Shown piece by piece: positions 58,546-64,000 of a DNA stretch of 64,000 nt. Every line of letters starts with the position of its first letter. Position 1 is the first letter of the stretch. Source of the DNA: Octopus vulgaris (Eukaryota); the NCBI GenBank assembly GCA_951406725.2, contig OX597832.1, positions 28,830,001-28,894,000 on the forward strand. The letters run 5' to 3'. Under the pieces are notes generated by a model. The model had not been told where the DNA came from. It saw nothing but the letters and a program-made list of their open reading frames with translations, and made no database searches. A program made the position numbers and the translations under genes.

Positions 58546-58753
58546 TAACTTGTTTTAAAATAATAATAGCCTTGTCTTAACGCTGAGTATTTGTGTGTGC
58601 ATACATTTATTTATACACACACGCACACACACACATACATACATACATATACACACATACATACATTCATACACACACATATATGCACACACATACATGC
58701 ATACATACATACACACACATATATATATACATACATATACTCACACATAAATA

Positions 58754-58809
<56 letters not shown>

Positions 58810-58907
58810 TATATATGTGTATGTATGTATGTATAAATATATATATATATATGTATGTATGTATATATATATGTGTGTGTGTATATATGTATATATATAC
58901 GTATATA

Positions 58908-58957
<50 letters not shown>

Positions 58958-58977
58958 TACATACATACATATATGTT

Positions 58978-59796
58978 TACAGGGTGCGGTGAATATATTA
59001 TCGTCTAAATTACGCAGAAATGAAAATAATACTGGCGTCTCATTTTAACAGATCTATTTACCAAAAATTACATAAAAATATCTTGAAATAGTAAAGAGTA
59101 AATTTATTCAATAAAATCGCCATTTGGCTAGAACTGCGGCCTCCAGACGACTTCGGAACCTCCTGCAACTCTTTTGGATGGTCTCTTTGCTTAAGTTAGT
59201 GAATGCTGCCATAATCCTTGCCTTCATTTAATCTTTGGTGTTACAAGGAATTTTGTTGGTCCCTCGCTCAACTGCGCCCCAACAATCAAGGGGGTTGCAG
59301 TCTGGGGAGTTAGGTGGCCAGATGCTAAAGGTGACGTGATTGCAGAAATTGTGTGACAGCCTTGGCTGGGTTTCTCTTGCTTGTGTGGCATGGTGCAGAG
59401 TTCTGTTACCAGACATAGGGTCTTCCTGCAGCCACCCTCTTGACCCAGGGCGGCACTACCTCTTCCAGGCACTTGATGTCTGTGTTGAGCCTGAGGCCAT
59501 GTGGGAAGATGAATGGAGGCATAACGTCACCATCACTAGTGATCACCCTAAACACCATGATGTTGACTGGATGTTTGATTTTTATCACTCTCAGTACATG
59601 TTTTAGGGACACGGCAGTCAACGGTTGCTATGTGTTTTCGCCATCTGATCCTGGCAGAAATTTTCTCGTCTGAGAAAAATCAAAGCATGTTCGATTGGAG
59701 GGGATGCTTGAGTTTGTTCAAAAGTTTCGTAGCACGGTCTTTCCTCTTGTCCTTGATGGCCTGAGATAAAAGATATTGGCCCTTTCTCATCTCGTA
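58978..59796 (-). mobile_element. truncated Tc1/mariner-superfamily transposon, DD37D (maT-type), pseudogenised transposase
   Basis: TA-CAGGGTGCGG terminus; minus strand FFSDEK, KHPVNIMVF.VITSDGDVMPPFIF, RPYVW*QNSAPCH, IWPPNSPDCNPLD (about 37 residues between the 2nd and 3rd catalytic positions after frameshift correction), CRRFRSRLEA. Confidence 0.9.
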
Positions 59797-60146
59797 CCGG
59801 GTCATAGTGCTAGTGCATGCATATACAGCTGCGTGCGTGCGCACATACACGCGAGTACTGTCCAAATCTCTGACCAATCACATACAGCTAGCTGGCATTC
59901 AATTGGCATATCAAGTTTCGGGCATTTTGATTGGGTTTTGGATAGAAAATTCACAAAAATGTCACTTCTATTGATGTTTTAATGGCTTTGCGGGGTGACT
60001 GGGGAAATGTAAAGATGTACACGACCACCCTTGGACGGTTTTGAATGACCATAGAAAGTGCGAGCCCTCTAACTGAAAAATTGTGGATTTGTATAAAGGA
60101 TACACAAACAGACAAACAGATATTTTGCCGTTTATATATAGAGAGA
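59797..60146 (-). mobile_element. probable non-autonomous Helitron
   Basis: Minus-strand start A|TCTCTCTATATATAAA...tctgtttgtctgtttgtg resembles the start of the Helitron at 44178; CTAG-bearing end motif at 59797-59814 is in the opposite orientation. Confidence 0.55.
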
Positions 60147-60922
60147 TATCATAAAATATATTTGGATACGAAGAATGCTTTTAGAGGTAAATACTTGGTT
60201 AAAAACAAAATGCTTCGAAAATCTTCAACAGCGAATGAGAAGAGTTTGAAGGACGACGAGAAGAATTTGAAGGACATCATCGGAACAACAATGAAATAAG
60301 CTTGAATTGCCTTCAGAGAATACCATAGATTAATGCTAGAGTATGTTTTTAAACCATTCTACCTTTTCTCTTCATGTTCTGTGACCATGCCATTAGAGAA
60401 ATGCATGTAAGAGAAGCGTCGATCAAATGTTATTTAAGCAGAAAACCTAACAGAATGCCAAACCATATTTATCAATCAAATATACAGAATGGTTCCTAAG
60501 TGGAATTGGTAGTAATATGGAACTTTGACAACAGCAGAAGTCTTCAGTACTGATATGATTGTCTTTGACAGAAATCTAGAGGAATACATACTCTCTCTCT
60601 CATCCCCCCCCCCCTCTCTCTCTCTCTCTTGAAAAACTAACTCCAGACTTATACACACATATAAATATTTAATTATGTATGTATATATATATAATTAATG
60701 TATGCATGTGTGTGTGTCTGTGTGTCCCCATTTTATAAATACGTATGCATTTATACATATGGACACACATACACACACACATGCGCGCGCACAAACAGAC
60801 ACATACATACTGTATATGTAAGTATGTATATGTAGATGTAGATGTAGATATATGTGTGTATATATGCATGTATATATATATATACATACACAGACACACA
60901 TATATATACATGTATGTGCGTG

Positions 60923-60953
<31 letters not shown>

Positions 60954-60963
60954 ACGTGTGTGG

Positions 60964-62281
60964 GTGGGGGGAGTCAGAAATTGTCCGCACTTCCGCCAAC
61001 GCTTTTTTTAGGCTGGCTGCACTGCTTTCAGCGCTCGTGTGTTAGAAATTGGTCCTCTTGTGGTTACGTAACCAAGGTTTGACTTTGCTCACTCCAGTTT
61101 TCTTTCTTGTGTTACGCAATACAATTTGGCCGCTCTGGTAACAGTGTACACCAAGGAAGAACAGAAATCGGTGCTCTGATTTTCTCTCGTCTGAAGCTGT
61201 GTAACGGGCTGAAATTCGTCTGAGGCTTTCAGTGCAACACAGGGACAGCATCCTACCGCGTAGAACCGTGAATCATGAGTGAATCATGAAAGTTTAAAAT
61301 TGTCAGATAAGAGTGAAGCACGATGATTGGGCAAGATGTCCATCAACCTCCATCACTCACGTGAAGATTCAAATAAGCTCGAGAGATGGGTGTGGCGAAC
61401 CGACGGCTGACCATTGATGAGGTGGCATGTTGTCTGTAAATTAGTCATGGTTCTGTATTCGAAATTATTTACAAGTTTCGCCTCTGTAAAGTCTGTGCGA
61501 GATGGATGCCAAGAGAGCTTACCAAAGCGCATGAGTGCAATCGTGTGGAGGTCTATCAACGCTTACACGACTACTACAACGAGGAAAGCGAAGTTTCTTT
61601 GGAGTGAATAGCCGCAGGAGATGTAACTGGAATCCATCACTTTCAGTAAGAATCCTAAAGGCTGAATAAGGAGTGGAAACTCCTGGAATCGCTAGCGAAA
61701 AAGAAATTCAAAACTCAACCTTCTGCAGGTAAAAATGATGTTAACCGTTTTTGGGGGATGTAAAAGGATCTATACTGGAACATTACCTGGAAAAGGGATC
61801 TACAATTATCTGTGGAGGCAACAGTGAAATCCTGGTCAACAAAGTGAAACCATCAATTTGCATCAAATGCCGAGGTCTATGGTCAAAGAAAGTATTGTTG
61901 TTGCACGACAATGCACGCTCACATACGGTCACCCACACCGTTGAAACCAGAGAAAACTTGGGTTTCGTGTTGCTGGAACACTCTGAAAACAGTCCAGATC
62001 CCATCCCTTCCGACCGTTACCTGTTTGGACCACTCAACCATCGCTTTGGAGGTCGCCAAGTTGCTACGGACGAAGAAGCGCAGGAAGAGATGCATAAATG
62101 GTTGCGCAACCAGCCAAAACCTTCTTCTCCGATGGAATGAGGAAGGTTTTGGGCCACTGGAAGAATTGCATCGAAAAGCAAGAAGACTAACCCGAAAAAT
62201 GATGGAACTGTCAAGCCTCTTCTTTTGTTTTAATAAATTACAAAAATAAGGGTGCGTACAATTTTTACGTAACCTCCTGTA
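60964..62281 (+). mobile_element. decayed near full-length mariner (DD34D), ~1.3 kb
   Basis: Degenerate TIRs gagtcagaaattgtccgcac (60971-90) and gtgcgtacaatttt...cctcctgta (62252-81); TKEEQKSV, RWMPRELT (WVPHEL-like), AGDVTGIHHF, PSAGK, HDNARSH-...-SPDPIPSD with exactly 34 residues between the aspartates; many stops and frameshifts. Confidence 0.93.
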
Positions 62282-62879
62282 TGCATGTGTGTGTGTGTGT
62301 GTGTGTTTGTGTGTTTGTGTGTGTGGGGGGGGGAGGTTAGATAACTATCAATGCTTATATGAGTGCGTATGATGCTTATCCACTCGATTTTTAATGTAAC
62401 CAATATTTGTCAATCACTGATGCTGTGCCTCCCCATCATAATCACCACAATGTGACAAGACAAATTTCTACCTCTTGGATGGCAAATTCTATGAAGAATG
62501 TTCGTCGAACAGAATATCGAAGAATCGCTAACCGTGACTGCTGCTCCTGCCTATATTTATTGCTTTCAACTTCCATGATTTTATTCTTCAAAGAAACCTA
62601 ATTTTTGATTTGTACTTCAGACGAAAAGTAACAAAAAACGCACGCGAAGACCGAATGTTGTTGAAAGAATCGTCTGCGGGGGATGAGAGGCGCTGTTAGG
62701 TGGAAGCAATTAGACAAGGTTAAATAGACTGGTACTTGGAGAGAGAGAGAGGGGTGGGGAGAGGGAGAGAGAGAACGAGAGAAAAATTGAGAGGCAGAGA
62801 GACAGAGTGAGAAAGAAACAGACACACAGACAGACAGAGAAACAGATAGATAGATGGAGAGGTAGATATAGACAGATAA

Positions 62880-63382
<503 letters not shown>

Positions 63383-63434
63383 AATTTGTGTTTACAAGAG
63401 AATACGTAATACATAAATTAGAAAGATATATGTA

Positions 63435-63496
63435 GCACACACACACACAGAGGTGCACACACTCTCAGAGGCACACACACACACACACACACAGAG

Positions 63497-63546
<50 letters not shown>

Positions 63547-63630
63547 GCACACACACACACAGAGGCACACACACACACAGAGGCACACACACACACACAC
63601 ACAGAGGCACACACACACAGAAGCACACAC
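63435..63630. repeat. (CA)n periodically interrupted by GAGG
   Basis: Directly visible. Confidence 0.9.
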
Positions 63631-63819
63631 TCATGTAATCCAGTACAATTGTTATTTTAAGCAGATTACTTAACACACTGTGTATAAACCAATATAAATG
63701 TCATATAAACATGACATTTATACTACACTACATTATTATTATTATCATTTGTTGTTGCTGTTGTTGTTGTTGTTGTTGTTCTGGGTGGTGGATGGTAGAG
63801 TCGGTAGCACGTCGGGGCA

Positions 63820-63990
63820 GTGGTGGGAGGAATCGGTAGAGCACTGGATAAAATGCTTTGTGATATTTAGTTACGTTTCTGTACTTTCCGTGTTCAGGTT
63901 CCACTTTTTAGGTGTGGGAGGAGTTGGGCGGGGGCAATGATAGAAAGCAGAAGCAAATATCGATTCGAATCGATCTAATCGATAATAAGT
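63820..63990 (+). mobile_element. very degenerate SINE B-like copy
   Basis: gaatcggtagagcactggataaaatgcttt.tgatattt...tccgtgttcaggttcc resembles the SINE B head. Confidence 0.4.
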
Positions 63991-64000
63991 GATCGGAATT

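Overview
This is eukaryotic, gene-poor, extremely microsatellite-rich DNA. The repeat landscape most resembles an octopus/coleoid cephalopod genome (inference from repeat style, no search run). I find no host protein-coding exon, rRNA, true tRNA or CRISPR array. Almost all ORFs in the supplied track are translations of (TA)n, (CA)n, (TATG)n, (TCTA)n or trinucleotide tracts. Recognisable content is transposon-derived: four tRNA-headed SINE families (my labels A-D; B has two alternative 3' tails, B1 and B2), the 3' end of an L1/Tx1-clade LINE, R4/Dong-like fragments, a Penelope-like GIY-YIG fragment, a decayed near-full-length DD34D mariner, a truncated DD37D (maT-type) element, two non-autonomous Helitrons and a tiny MITE. 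The most interesting signals are: (1) a ~507-nt non-coding unit with an intact type I hammerhead ribozyme and a ~170-bp terminal direct repeat (retrozyme/Penelope pLTR-like; 10762-11460); (2) a Tx1-like LINE sitting inside a (TCTA)n tract, whose last 43 nt match the tail of SINE B2; (3) SINE B2 tails inserted repeatedly at one site (GGTATTTCGTCTG) inside SINE B's own head, once with a 13-bp target-site duplication, i.e. an apparently self-targeting SINE; (4) apparent partitioning of microsatellite types among element families. Coordinates of degenerate elements and microsatellites are approximate.
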